A stretch of DNA of 62,730 bases, filler included, from Basidiobolus ranarum (Eukaryota), in the NCBI GenBank assembly GCA_040143965.1. It is 8 parts of 8 records of this genome, joined end to end, with 100 filler letters (N's around TTAATTAATTAA, not from the genome) between each part and the next. Parts side by side here need not be neighbours in the genome. Positions count along the whole stretch, not along the records: positions 31,475 to 39,230 come from JASJQH010007945.1; positions 39,331 to 47,072 come from JASJQH010007947.1; positions 47,173 to 54,903 come from JASJQH010007948.1; 5 more parts are not named here. One strand, given 5' to 3'. Position numbers and translations under genes: made by a program. How positions within the stretch are numbered: position 1 is the stretch's first letter; every line of letters starts with the position of its first letter. The notes under the pieces were generated by a model that ran no database searches, was not told where the DNA came from, and was given only the letters and a program-made list of their open reading frames with translations. This document shows, one piece after another, positions 35,888 to 50,694 of the stretch.

Positions 35888-38284
35888 TGGATATTAGAGT
35901 GAGTTTACGATGGTGAAAGTAAAGCTGAGAAGGTAAGGAAAGGTGAAGGAATCTGTGAGAGATCGGTTCGAGAGGAGAGCACCTAAAATGAGCAAGTCAA
36001 GGCACTTGATGGAAGTGGCAAAGTCCAGCCGTATCGAACGAAGATAGCGGTGTGAGAACGACTCAAGATTCAATGAATAGTGAGATGAGGTATACGATTA
36101 ATATATATTGGGACAGTTAAACTGAAAGCGAGGGCAATAATTGGAACAATATGAATAGACAACAGCTCGACCCAGCTTCTGATGGCGCATATCAGAGCTT
36201 GCTGACACCTGCCAAATTGGGTATCAATAGAAGTTTTGAATGAATCTGACTCCGATCTCCAATTCTCCCTAATTAGCCAGAAATAATATGATCAATGACC
36301 ATGACAATAGGTTATAATATATTAACACGTCGATAGGGAAAGAATTTCTAATGATAATGCCAATATCCCTTGAAACGATCAACGGCGAAGTCAATGCCGC
36401 ACCAACTCCAACAATACTATTACAACCCATTGCCAATCGCACTATCCCATGTAGGTCATTATGCGAAGAGTCAGTTATGGTGGCCAACAGCTACGAGGTA
36501 ATTGTGATTGAGAATGTCCAAGATTAAGTCGAAGTTACATCATTTCTGGAAATAGATTAAAATAGACATTGCTAAATTTAGCCAAATATCGCTCATTCCT
36601 GCTCTATATTAGGATCACTTATATACGAGAGATTGGAAACATGTCTATGATGAATTATTCAGGGAAATGGAGGTGCATGATTGGTCAGCTTGATATTGGC
36701 TTTAAGCTTACAACATCGATGATTATTGGATCCAAATTGTGACGATACTGCTGGGATGCCTATAAAGGAAAATATGGGAGAACCTAGGTTTCCTAGTGCA
36801 AGTGAGCAAAGTCATTGGTCTCCACAAGACAAAAGCATGAGGTCATCAATTCCTGATTATCTACATTGGACAAGGCTGTGTAGGTATCGTCAGGAAGTGG
36901 GTTACGTAAATCTGACCAAAAAGCAGGAGCAGAGTTGGATACCAACTGTCTTGTGGGTGCAGCAGAAGTATGGCCAAGCGATGGAGAACTGGGCTTTGAT
37001 CCACATTCAGCTCGAGTCCCCTAACCCTCGATAACTTGGCGTTTTTATATTAGCCAGGAATTACAATCTTTGTTATTCTGGCATTCCCAAATCTGGTATA
37101 ATGATTATATCTTGTCGTTGGGCTGATTTACGAAGTGTCTTGCTGGCCACTCACAACTCATAAAGTCTATATATATATATATATTATAGGCTCGGACTTT
37201 CTTTTACACGACTTCCCATCATCAGGCAGACTAGATGGATGTATCGGGTGGTGCTTGCAATCTCAGATATTATTTCCATGATACAGTTATAATTCATACC
37301 AGTGTGTATTTAGAGCATCAAGTCTTGTGTGATCGGACTTTCTTGTCCACTGCAATATCGTTTGTTACCTAGCTGACACTGTTTCACTCAGGTCAGACCT
37401 GGCTTTTATCCGCCTGATGGATGGCTCCTGATGTGATGGTAATTGTACCTGGGAATAGTCATCGGCATCGTCATCAGCCTTGTTTCGAAGGATTTCTGCC
37501 ACTTTTCAAGGCGTTGGAAAGAGATGCCTTTAGTGTGTGACAAAGTCTTTATCAAGTTCCTCATCGTTCAAGGGTTGAGGGTAACATACAGTTGGGGCTG
37601 AGTAATGATGTGCATTTCATTGCATATCGCTGCAAGAGAATTCACTGGTTACCTGATATCTAGTCAGCACAGCCATTTGGTGCTCTATATTGGCCATGAT
37701 CATTCGCTCATATAGTTGAGGTGATGTAACCCATTTATTAATATATTGGTGACTTGTGTACATCACTTGGGGATTGAATTACCTTGTAATGAGATGGCTT
37801 GCATCCATGGTAACCGACCAAGGTGAAAGACTGAGTTTCATGTGAATCCAATTTAGATGCTCTCTATTTATCGGAATTGTTGTCTTTTTTATACTGTGAT
37901 AATGGAAAGGAGACAGAGAGATGTTCGAGTTAGAAACTAATGGTTTTCATGCCAACAGAAATGGTGGTTTCAAGGTTTTGTAGTATTAAACTGAAATCTA
38001 TGGCGGGGATGATTATTGAATAACAAGCGGTAGGTGATGAAAAAGTTGCAAGAACTCGTCTAATTACTGGCTAGTGGGCAAGTGGTGCTCTCAACGAGAC
38101 TTCGCATGGAGTAGAGACTATTTCATAAATAGAAGCGGTGCAAAGAAACTGTAGAGCCAACTCGTCAACATGATAGTAAATGGTGATTAAGAGATTTGCT
38201 CATCTTACTGTATTGTAGAAGTGAAATGGTCGATATAGTAGGTATATTTTTGCAGTATATATAGAATATTTCTGATGGAGTTTT

Positions 38285-39230
38285 CTAGCTAGACTTGGTA
38301 GAATATTGCGATATCCGCATCGTGCTAGACTCTCGTTTTGAAGAGGTTCTCCTCGGTATACTACTACTAGTACTACTTCTCGAAAACGATGCTGCTTCAG
38401 ATGGCACAATATCCTTTGATAAACATGCTATTGGTAAGGCACCCTCTCCACCTCGCGTTATATTACGGCCTACCCCCCAGCCATCCTCGAAGGTCATCAA
38501 AACCATAACTTTGTCGTGTGGTAAGATTCGTAACTCATCTGGCAGTGTAGGTTCGTAGGGATAAACACAAGTATACGTCGGTAAGGATGAGGATACAATA
38601 GTAGCACAGTCAGTCTCCAAAGTAGAGCTCCGTATTTTAGTGCTAGGGAGTATACTCAAGTCAGAACCTTTAAAACTCTCTCCAACATCCATTTGTTGTC
38701 GTTTCTTTTTGAAATAGAGCCAAACACCAGTGACCAAACCAATGATACCTAAGCATCCTATCACAATGGGAACGATTAAGATAAGTTGATTTCTAGAACT
38801 AGATCTAGAGTTCTTGCATGACCGAACATTCTCCGAATTACAACATGAAGCGCGAGGGTTAATGGTGCAATATACGCAGAGTGCTGGAAGATCCTGGGGA
38901 AGTGAATAACCTAAATTAACAGAAAAGATTGAGTATTTCTTCCTAATTGTGAAATACTAAACAGTGGGGAAATTTCATACCACAAACAGTTTGTGCTGAA
39001 TCTTTCGGCAGAATGCATTGTCCCTGAGTGCCGTTAGTCGGTGAATGATTGCACCAGGCTTGTGTTAGGTAAGCTTGCTTCGAAGCAGTGTCTCCAGGAG
39101 ATTTACATGCGGTATCGTTACCCCATAAAAATTGCCAGTCGATAACAAATTGATTGCAATCACTTTGGCAAGTTGGGGGTACTGGGTTTTTTGAGTTACA
39201 CAACTTCGAAGAGGCATCCTCTAAAAGATT
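38285..39230 (-). CDS. Single-pass membrane protein with Cys-rich ectodomain and cytosolic SH3 domain (5'-truncated)
   Basis: Cys-rich exon, intron about 38911-38980, TM helix followed by KKKR, SH3 (YPYEPTLPDELRI..FEDGWGVG..EGALPIACL). Confidence 0.85.
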
Positions 39231-39330
39231 NNNNNNNNNNNNNNNNNNNNNNNNNNNNNNNNNNNNNNNNNNNNTTAATTAATTAANNNNNNNNNNNNNN
39301 NNNNNNNNNNNNNNNNNNNNNNNNNNNNNN
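39231..39330. other. Artificial contig spacer
   Basis: N44-TTAATTAATTAA-N44. Confidence 0.99.
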
Positions 39331-40832
39331 TTCCCAATTTAAAAGCCAAACAAAGCTCGATTAATTCCATGTATCCCTACTCCCGGCCTTGTAATTTGCT
39401 GGCAGTGGTTACATAGCCAATCAGTATTATCTTCTCTGGTCATCTATGTAACGTTATACACGCTAAATCTCGTTAACCTTGATAGCACGCTGTACAGTCC
39501 GGCCAACCTTTCCATTAAAATCAATTTTTTTTTGCTAGCAGCATTGTTGTGCTTCCACTGATCCAGACATTTCCTTCAGAGGGTCGATAGAAATGTGAGT
39601 CCCAAATATATTTGGGAACATCCTCGTTGCTCTGGAGTTAAGTGGCAGGAGATGCAATATGATGCTTGTTTGTATGCAGTCACTAGGTTTACTATTTCAT
39701 AATCACCCAACCATCAGTTTGCATCGATCTGGTCGAGGTAGTACAGCACAGAGCAGTTGATTGGCGCTTCGAAATAGATCATTCAATTATGGTAATTTGT
39801 AATTAATTAACGGCTTTTAACACGTTTTTGGACCCGGGTGTTTAATAATTCTTCGACTTGCAGTGAGCGCTATCGAATGTGATTTGCCTGATACCCTTAC
39901 CAATCTCACTCCGATGGAGTACCTTGAAATTAACGGAACAAGTCTTACAATGACCCAAACTAACTCCCAAAGTAGCAATGCGGTTGATGCATATGCAATA
40001 TAAACAGTGAAGCAACCAGTAAAGAGATGGATCTCCAACCTTTGATGTCTAGTGCAACTCTTGGGGAACCATTCCAGTTTCTCTCTATATAGTCCCAGTA
40101 TGTAGATTATCTTTACACGTGTTGAAATGGCAACTAGATATAGTGCTCTGTATTGTAACCAGGATATGAGGCTTGGCCGTTGGTCGTGTAACTTGAGAGA
40201 TGAGATCCATTCATTCTGGGCGGCGGATACGCTGATATTGGAGGTGCGTCCTTACAATGGACATTTGTTGTTGAGCCTTGGTCTGGGGAAAAGGTAGGGC
40301 GATCTAATTAGGTGTTTGGAGGGATCAAGTGGTTACAATGACAATGTAACGCGAGATATTGCATGCTTATGTAGGATCTCTCTTTGTTGGCAATGGAGGG
40401 AGGCGTAGAATGTGAAAGCTATGTTAGCTGCTCATACATATCTACTTAATCAGTAACAAACAGTCCTTCCAAGCACATAAATTTTGCACATCTACCCGAG
40501 CCTCTTTTCAGGTCTTGGAAGGCCGCTTAGGCACGATGACATCGCTATCTTTCGTGGCTTACAATCCTAACTGGCTCTAGATTAGCTTACTGCTTCTGAA
40601 TCTTTGGGGATGGGATGAATGTAAGTTCCCCTGCTCATATTTGTGCCACCGCACTTGATTTAAATAATCTGTGATGGTGCCAAGTTCTATGCATCAACCT
40701 TTCATAGCATAATACTGGATTTATCCAAGGTTAGTCAAAGTTGACGAAAACTCTTCAAATCGCTCCTCTTCTGTTACCCTTCTTGTAACTTATACAGCCC
40801 ATTTCTTCCATTTGGAGTAGAGGTAGATAGAT

Positions 40833-42508
40833 ATGCACAAGAAAATAGCCTTACTGCTTGTTACTGCATCATTTGCTGGGACAGCTTTCTCCTTCGGCCA
40901 AGCTGAGTTGGCCGGAGAAAGCCTGAACCTTTCAGTCAATTTCTACAATTGCCCCACTACAAGACTTTCCTACAGTTTCTTGCAGAATCTTTCTAGGTCA
41001 GTCTCTTCCAAGACCAAGATCGTCTTTCCTGGGTCTAGTGAATACACGAAAGCACTTCATCATTGGTCTGAAACTGCTCAAGTACAGTCGGCTGCTCTAG
41101 TTCAGCCAATCAACTCCGAAGATCTTTCTAATATTGTAATTTCTTTAGAACGCTTTTTGTCCTGATTTCCCAAATATCATACTTAACTACTTTCTCTAGA
41201 TCACTTTAGCTTCTTACTATAACGTTGACTTTGCTGTTTCCTCTGGCGGGCATAATAATGATGGGGCCTCTAGCACCAAGGGATTGCTCATTGATCTATC
41301 CCGATTTAACAAAATTCTTCTCTCCAATGATAAAAAGACTGTATCTGTAGGAGCTGGACTACGCTGGGGTGCAGTCTATGATCACCTTGCTGCGCCCAAT
41401 ATCTCCTTGGTTGGTGGACGTGTCAGCTCAGTAGGTGTAGGTGGATTTACTCTAGGGGGTGGTTACGGATGGAAGACTGGAAAGTATGGACTTGCTGCTG
41501 ATAATATCATTAAAGCTGAGATGGTACTTGCAAATGGTAGAATCGTTACTGTCTCGCCAACGGAAAACGCAGACTTATACTTTGGTTTACGTGGTGGTGG
41601 TGGTCAATTCGGAGTGGTCACTAACTTTGTGTTTAAGGCTTTACCACAAGAAAACCAAGTATTTTCGGGATTCTATTTCTATAGTAAGGAACAGGTTGAA
41701 GTAGTAGCTGAAACCATGGAAAAATGGGTAGCTGCTAACAAAGATGAAAAAGCAAATATAATGTTAATCTTTGCTAAACCACCACCCAGTTATGATGTAA
41801 GTGGATATTGCCTTTTTTTGGCCTTAAATGTTCTTTTTGCTAAGAAATTATCTTTTGTTGTTTGTTAACTAGCCTATCCCCGTTTTGCTTGTATGGTATG
41901 ATGGCCCTGCCTCTGTTGGTAAAGCTGCATTCAAAGCTTTTCAGGACCTCCATCCTCTTGACGACACCACAGCCGATATGTCTTTTGCCACTGGCAATAC
42001 TTTACAAGACGGGCTTGTAACTGATGGGGATCGTAAGACCATGTCTTCAGTTGCCTGGGAGACGATCACACGCAATAAGATTCTCGAAGCATATAAGTTC
42101 TATGTCAAATTCACTACCACAGTTCCTAATGCTGCCCAGTCCTCAATTTTGATCGAGCCAGTTTTCAGTGGTTCATTCAGAGGCATACGTGATGAGGAGG
42201 CAGCGTATCCACATAAGAAAGTGCTTCATGTGATAGGTTTGGTTCCTCGTTGGACTGCTTCTAACCAGGACTCACTGATCAAACAGTGGATGAAAAAAGG
42301 AACCGCCCTCCTAAGAGCTCAGGAGAGAAATAATATCGTCTATCCAAACTATTCAATATACGATGAGCCGTTAGTCAATATGTTTGGCAGGAATCTCTAC
42401 AAACTCACCACTATAAAAGCCAAGTATGATCCCAGATGTATTTTCCGTCATGGATTTGTCTTCCCCACTCAAAGCTGTCGTCGCTGCCCAACCGCTGCTT
42501 CCTGGTAA
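40833..42508 (+). CDS. Secreted FAD-linked oxidoreductase, berberine-bridge-enzyme/VAO family (3 exons)
   Basis: Signal peptide, SGGHN (covalent-FAD His), VGVGGFTLGGGYG, DLYFGLRGGGGQFGVVT, BBE tail YPNY..IKAKYDP; introns about 41137-41199 and 41797-41872. Confidence 0.92.
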
Positions 42509-42920
42509 GCTAAGTAGATAGGCAAAGCACTCGATATACTATTTAAACCTGGTCAAGTTAACTGACTCAAAAGTAAGAGTTTCAATACGTTGCCTCGTAC
42601 ACTGCAATGTTCAAAGTTTTGTATCTCAATCTGGTCATGGTATCAAATAATATATACTTATAATTACAACTGTTGATTTTTGAAAATCTGAGATTGAAGC
42701 GCATTCACATGTTTTTTATAAAGGTATTGATTTTATCATTTTAAAGAGAAAGCTTAGCATTTTAATCAGTTACGTATTTGCAACGATCATATTATATATC
42801 ACGTCGAACCAAGAATTCTATACCCAAGCTGTTATCCCTATGGATTTGGGGACATTTATTTGCAATTAGAGTTCATTTCATTATACATTTTTGATAGCAC
42901 ATTGACCTGAAGTTATACTT

Positions 42921-43151
42921 TTAGTCTAACTTGCGAGTGATATTCTCGAGCTTATAAGCGGTTTCTTTGTGCGTAGTATCATTTTCAATCAAGAATCTTG
43001 GCTCTTCACTGTTGGCTTTAACTTGAACTGGATTATCTCCGACTACCTCACTATGAACGATCACTTTCGTAATTCTCCCAGTACTTACTGTAGCAGCAGT
43101 GCCGACTGGATGGTACTCCACATGATCTCCTTCTCGGTATTGTTCACGCAT
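42921..43151 (-). CDS. Hva1-type TUDOR-domain (DUF2945-like) small protein, paralog 1
   Basis: 76 aa MREQYREGDHVEYHPVG..STGRITKV..KANSEEPRFLIENDTTHKETAYK. Confidence 0.75.
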   Translation of the reverse strand: MREQYREGDHVEYHPVGTAATVSTGRITKVIVHSEVVGDNPVQVKANSEEPRFLIENDTTHKETAYKLENITRKLD

Positions 43152-43733
43152 ATTATCGCACGTTTGCTGGAAATTAAATTGACTTAAGGGAATTACACAA
43201 CCGTAGTATTGGTGTTGAACCACTGAATTTATACCTTTCGGTGTTTGCTTAGGGATCGTGGTTTAAATAAGCCACTCTGACCTCATCACCCAAGAAAAAT
43301 ATGCAGAGGAGTCTATATCTAATGATGTAACTGCAGTGGAGTTAGTCATAATAGAGGGGATCATATATGGATGCACTATTCATTATGCTTGCGTGTAACT
43401 GAGGTGTTGTACATCTTCTTAGCAGGGTAACAGGAAGATTAAATCATACATATGCTGACTGTTTCTATCTACCTGTCAAACATTCTTCCGTAGTTGGCAG
43501 TTTGAAGGTAGACAAATGGACCTGACAACATCCGTCTTATTGTGGCTTGTTTATCAAGCGATGTCGTGTCAATCGGTCGAACGCACGACCAACTCATCCG
43601 CTTATATTATAAACACTGAAGTACCCAGATTACTAGATAATGAATAAGGCGCCCACCGTGAGATGTTCACTTTATTTCTAGATAAAACATAAGCTTAATA
43701 GAGATGATGTACTGATTACGCAGCAGACACATA

Positions 43734-43964
43734 TTAATCGATTTTTCGAGTTATGCTCTCTTGTTTGTAGGCAGTTTCTTTGTGAGTGTTGTCGTTCTCA
43801 ATCAAATATCTGGGTCTGTTCTCATCAGCTTTGATCTCTACTGGGTTATCGCCTACAACCTCGTTATGAGTTAGAACCTTGTTAATTTTACCCGTGCTTA
43901 GTTGTGGGGCAGTCCCGACTGGATGATATTCAACGCGATCTCCCTCTTGATATTGTTCAGGCAT
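43734..43964 (-). CDS. Hva1-type TUDOR-domain small protein, paralog 2
   Basis: 76 aa MPEQYQEGDRVEYHPVG..STGKINKV..KADENRPRYLIENDNTHKETAYK; gap-free alignment to paralog 1. Confidence 0.75.
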   Translation of the reverse strand: MPEQYQEGDRVEYHPVGTAPQLSTGKINKVLTHNEVVGDNPVEIKADENRPRYLIENDNTHKETAYKQESITRKID

Positions 43965-45719
43965 GTTAGGTAGCGATACGATTGGAAAGATAGGTGGTGA
44001 ATGAGGGATGGATGGTAGAACTCTACTCTTCTTATACTCTAGTACTTGCTTACGCTTAATCCTATCTGGGGGATCGTCATTAAAACATGACATCTCGTTG
44101 GGAGAACACTCACCAGCTACTTCGTTATGCTTACGGCAGATGATGTCAGTCGGAGAGGTCATTATCCAAGATTCAGATGTGAGTGGCTCTTGAAGCTTAC
44201 ATTAATCCTTGGTAACCAACTACCCAATCTCGTCTAGACGATCACTCACAGTGTGAATACATCCAAACCAAGATTTGGATTATGCGTGGATAGATATTGA
44301 CATCACTTTGCATCAACATTATTATGAATAGCAACCATTCGATCACCTCACGTGAGCTCTGGCTCAGTATATCCCATTAGGAATTCGGGCTGTGAGAGTC
44401 AGTATACTGTGATAATACATCTATGCAGATAGTTGCAGATTGGATGTGGATCGCAGAGGTATGTGATAATGGCGTCCAGTCAGCTCCAGATATTTCTATC
44501 ATCATTATCACCAAAAGGAATTCAATTGTGGTAAGGTTGTTGCGGGGGCCTAGATGTCTTATTTGGGAGACCTTACTTGCCATTTCAAATTAGGTACTTT
44601 CGGTAATCGTCTGGAGCTTTATGCGTCCAATACTTACTTCCATTTATAATTATGTAATGAAGCTACTGCAACGAAGAAAATCAATAGAAATGCTCATTTG
44701 ATACTTAATTACCGACTCTTAAGGATATAGTCATCAGTAGAATCCTTGGAAACTCAAGAAATACCCATACGAAATTAGTGAGTATATTAATGCTGTTTTG
44801 CCATGAAATTGGCAAATATGAGAGTGGCGTGCCCTTCCCAAAAATAGGTCAAGAGTTGCTACTTTCACCACACCGCATTTATTGGAGTAATTTCCATGCA
44901 GCGTGTAATACTTGGCAAACATATTTGAACTTGATATTAACTTAGCTTCTCAGGAGAACGTGAACCTTTGAAGCTATCGTGAATGCACCACATGTAACTT
45001 GCCTTGATTGCTTACTCTAACTTGGAAAATATCCATCCTAAACAGAGTGTCAACATGGAGTTATTCTGTGAGACAGGTAATAGACTTGCACTCAATTTGT
45101 ATTCTTTTCTCACTATGACTATTTTACATAGCAGTTTTTTATCCAATTCTTAAATAGCTTTCTTTGTTCTATTGGGCTCTAATATATGAACTACACTAGC
45201 ATCTTGTGTTTTCATTTGGAAAATGGGCTTTGTTCTTAGTTCAATTCAATACTATTGTGTTGAAAATCCAATTGTTATGGCCTTAAACTTACATACATTA
45301 TATTATCATAGTTAAATCAGTAGTTCATGACCAAAATTCTGTTGTCTATTAATGCAAAATCACCTCAATAATAAAATACACTAATTGGCTTATTCTAAAT
45401 TAACTTTGGTGTTGTTGTTGACTTCCCTACATGATTCAACACAAGTCTTGCTATGATTTTCTTTTCACTCAACTGGAAGCCATTGCTTTTATGGCATATA
45501 TTGTTTTAGGTACAATAATATTGATAGTAAATCTCCAGCATAATAAACACTCAAACTCTCCTCAGTGTAACAAAAAGTCAGAATAGCTGTCATTGATATC
45601 AAAGTACTCCAAAGGTTTGATAAATATGGGAGGAATTTCATTCAAAGCAAATTGCACATTGCATCCAGCATTGGATACATTAATCTATGTTACAGTAGCG
45701 GGCTAGAGATTTGGTTCTC

Positions 45720-47030
45720 TTCAAAGTCATCAAGTCATTGGTTGCTATAATAGGGTTATCTATATTTATGGCTAATAAAACTGGGTTTGTCTTATCAGGC
45801 CTGAAGTAGATACTATAATCAACATTATTTGTTTAGAATTTGAGTGTTTCCAAAAAAAGCATCTATCTTGCTATCCAAGATCTTGTAGATTGTTTTAAGC
45901 CATAGAGTGTCTTCCAAAGATTGCAAGCTTTTTTAGGGTTTTCCAGGTCTACAAATCCATCTGGCTGGTTCATATAGATCTCTTCATCAAGCTCACCAAT
46001 CAAAAAGGTGACTCTAACATCCACTTGATGAATCATCTGCCAATGTTTAGCAGAAATTGGTAAAATCAATATTTTTGAGTTAAACTTGGCTACAGAAGCA
46101 AAAGCCTCTATATAATTGATGTATGGCAGTAGCCTTTGGCTACTGGTCAAGCCTTGTACCTTTCTATATAGCCATCCAACATGAATTTTACTTTAAATAC
46201 CCATTGGCAGCAAATTACTTTTCTATTATCTAGTAAGTTAGTTAAAATCCAAGTTTGATTATTAATTGAAGACTGGTACTGATCAGCTAATGCAGATCTT
46301 CAAAAATTTGTTTGAGGGCTATTCTGAGCCACTTTTGTGGTGTGATATTCATGTAATTCAGCAGTGCAGGTATAGGCCTAATTTTTGGGCTTATTGTCAT
46401 GATTCTGATCTTGGCATACACATCCATTGCAAATAGAACTCTTCTATTACTAGATTATGACATCATATTTGCTGTGTGATCCTTTCTTGGCAATCTTGTG
46501 TTAGTTCATCCAGGTTACCTTATATGGAAGTCATGTTCTTTGGAACATTCCATGAAACCTAACCAATCATGACATCTCACAAATAGTGTATTTCCACCAA
46601 GACCTTTCATGAAAGGTCACCTGATTGTCCCTACACCATCCCTCTTGTATTGGTCCTTGTAGTCCCCTACACCCTGACACTTGAACTTGCCACAGTATAT
46701 TCTCTATTTGGTATATTATGTTTCATCTTGCAATATCTATATAAGCTCCTTGTTTTCCTTGATCAGACCTCAGTCTGATCAATGCCAGTTATCAATAAAG
46801 ATTCTTGCCAATGTATCTTCCCTCTCCAGTCTTGTCTTGTCTTGTCTTGTGGTCTATACCCAAGTACTTATTGGGAAAATATGGGCTGTTTGGAGGAACT
46901 TTAGAAAAGTGGAGTTGTGAATAGCTTTGTGAGATAATTGTTTATTGTCCAGAAATAAAGAATTTATACTTTTTGGTGGAAATACAGAAAACTAACACTG
47001 GGGTTGTGTTCAGAACATCTGTGGGAGTAA
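45720..47030 (-). mobile_element. Decayed copia family-A RT/INT fragments with an intervening LTR-like block (about 46470-46865)
   Basis: QVDVRVTFLIGELDEEIYMNQPDGF..LYGLKQS; 46870-47030 is the reverse complement of about 23614-23770; the middle block has TATATAA and AATAAA. Confidence 0.8.
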
Positions 47031-47072
47031 AATGAGCTATCTTTAGGGCAATTTGGACGAGTTTGAAATTTC

Positions 47073-47172
47073 NNNNNNNNNNNNNNNNNNNNNNNNNNNN
47101 NNNNNNNNNNNNNNNNTTAATTAATTAANNNNNNNNNNNNNNNNNNNNNNNNNNNNNNNNNNNNNNNNNNNN
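47073..47172. other. Artificial contig spacer
   Basis: N44-TTAATTAATTAA-N44. Confidence 0.99.
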
Positions 47173-47488
47173 CCAAACTGGTATGCGTGGTGCTTTCGGT
47201 AAGCCTCAAGGTACCGTTGCCCGTGTTAACATCGGTCAAATCATCTTCTCTATCCGTACCAAGGACAGCAACAAGGCTGTTGTCATTGAGGCTCTTCGTC
47301 GTGCCAAGTACAAGTTCCCCGGTCAACAAAAGATCATTCTTTCCAAGAAGTGGGGTTTCACCAAGCTTACTCGTGAAGAATTCGTTGTTGAACGTCAAGC
47401 TGGTCGTCTTCAACCTGATGGTTGTTATGTTAAGTATATTAGCGAACATGGTCCTCTCAAGAATCACTTCAAGAGAATCTCTGCTTAA
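47173..47488 (+). CDS. RPL10: 60S ribosomal protein L10 (uL16), C-terminal half (5'-truncated)
   Basis: [44 protein letters not shown]. Confidence 0.97.
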
Positions 47489-48100
47489 GATTTTTACTCT
47501 ATTCTTGATAAAATAAACTATGAACAATTTAGCTGGAACTTTGTCACTTTAAACTTTAATTATGTTTTATGCGCAATGCTGCTACCTAAGCATATCCATG
47601 GTATGTTCATCAACATGGCGGTTTAGCAAGTAGGAATCTATGGTAGGCTACGCTTGCAATGAATCTAACGTTTAAATCAAATAAATTACCAGATTGTTGA
47701 ATGAATTTTGCATCATTGATTTTAGTTGCTGGGTGATCATGATTTTTTTCTACTAGATCACATTTTGGATGGATCCAATTGTGCGAGTCAATTTTAGAAT
47801 AGCTATGCCAAAAAAAGGAAGATAATATCTAAATAGGAGAATTGACGGACACTGGGGTCTAACAATAAAAATTTGAATCGATTGTAGGAACTATCTTTCT
47901 CTTCCCGCCGTAACTTGGAATTTGTCTCCATAGTAAAGGTCAGTCCCATACTATACTTATCCAACGTCGATTTCTATCAATCCATCGTTCATTAGCGTAC
48001 ACGTTTAGTTCTTTTGACTTGAAATCACCTTCTATAGTTATGTCTATACTGTTGATATCTAATTCATTTATTGTTGAACATTTCTAGCTACCTAGTCAAC

Positions 48101-48544
48101 ATGCTTATCTCCAAGCAAAACAGAAAAGTTATCTACGAGAGCCTTTTCAAGGAAGGCGTTATGGTCGCCAAGAAGGATTTCAATGCTGCCAAGCACGATG
48201 AACTTGATGTTCCTAACCTTCAAGTTATCAAGGCTTTACAATCCCTCAACTCTCGTGGTTTTGTTAAGACCCAGTTCTCGTGGCAACACTATTACTACTT
48301 CTTGACCAATGAAGGTATCGAATATCTTCGTGAGTTCTTGCACTTGCCTGCCGAGATTGTCCCTGCTACCATGAAGAAGACTGCCAAGCCCGTTGGTATT
48401 CGTCCTCGTCAAGAAGGCGATCGTCCTTTCAGAGGTCCTCGTGGTGACCGTGAAGGTTACAGACGTCGTGATGATGGTGCTAAGAAGGAAGGTGCTTCCG
48501 GCGATTTCAAGCCTGAATTCCGTGGTCGTCGTACTGAACAGTAA
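48101..48544 (+). CDS. RPS10: 40S ribosomal protein S10 (eS10)
   Basis: [52 protein letters not shown]. Confidence 0.97.
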   Translation: MLISKQNRKVIYESLFKEGVMVAKKDFNAAKHDELDVPNLQVIKALQSLNSRGFVKTQFSWQHYYYFLTNEGIEYLREFLHLPAEIVPATMKKTAKPVGIRPRQEGDRPFRGPRGDREGYRRRDDGAKKEGASGDFKPEFRGRRTEQ

Positions 48545-48778
48545 TTTCCCTACGATTTAACTAGTTTCCTCGTCCCACTAATACCAACTGAGAATATGAG
48601 ATTTTTCGGGCACGTTTACTTATGACAAGTAATTCTGAATATACAATAAACCCCAGCTTTTGTCTGATCTCTTTAGTTCTTGATGTGTGTTTGAATGCGT
48701 TTTTAAAGACATTTATTATTTCATTAATTTTATAATTTAATATTTCTAACCTAAATATTGCATGCATGAAAAATAGAT

Positions 48779-50391
<1,613 letters not shown>

Positions 50392-50694
50392 ATTTTAAGA
50401 TACGTTGAACTGTAGAGGAGAGTGGAACTTTTACACTTTGTGTTATATTTCTAGCTCTTACTTGAACGCACAAGTTTCGTAGTCGTCAAATTTCTTAGAG
50501 AAAAAAAATACTCAATAAAGAAAAAAAAAGACTGATTTACATTGTGAATCAAGTATTGTTTGTTTATTTTGTGGTTTAAGAATACCTGCTCGGAGATTCA
50601 AACTCCGACTGGAATCTAAACACTTAGCCGATATCGATTGAAGTCGCGATTTCTTATCTCAAACCTTTTCCAAGAAAGCGTGTATAGAATACAA

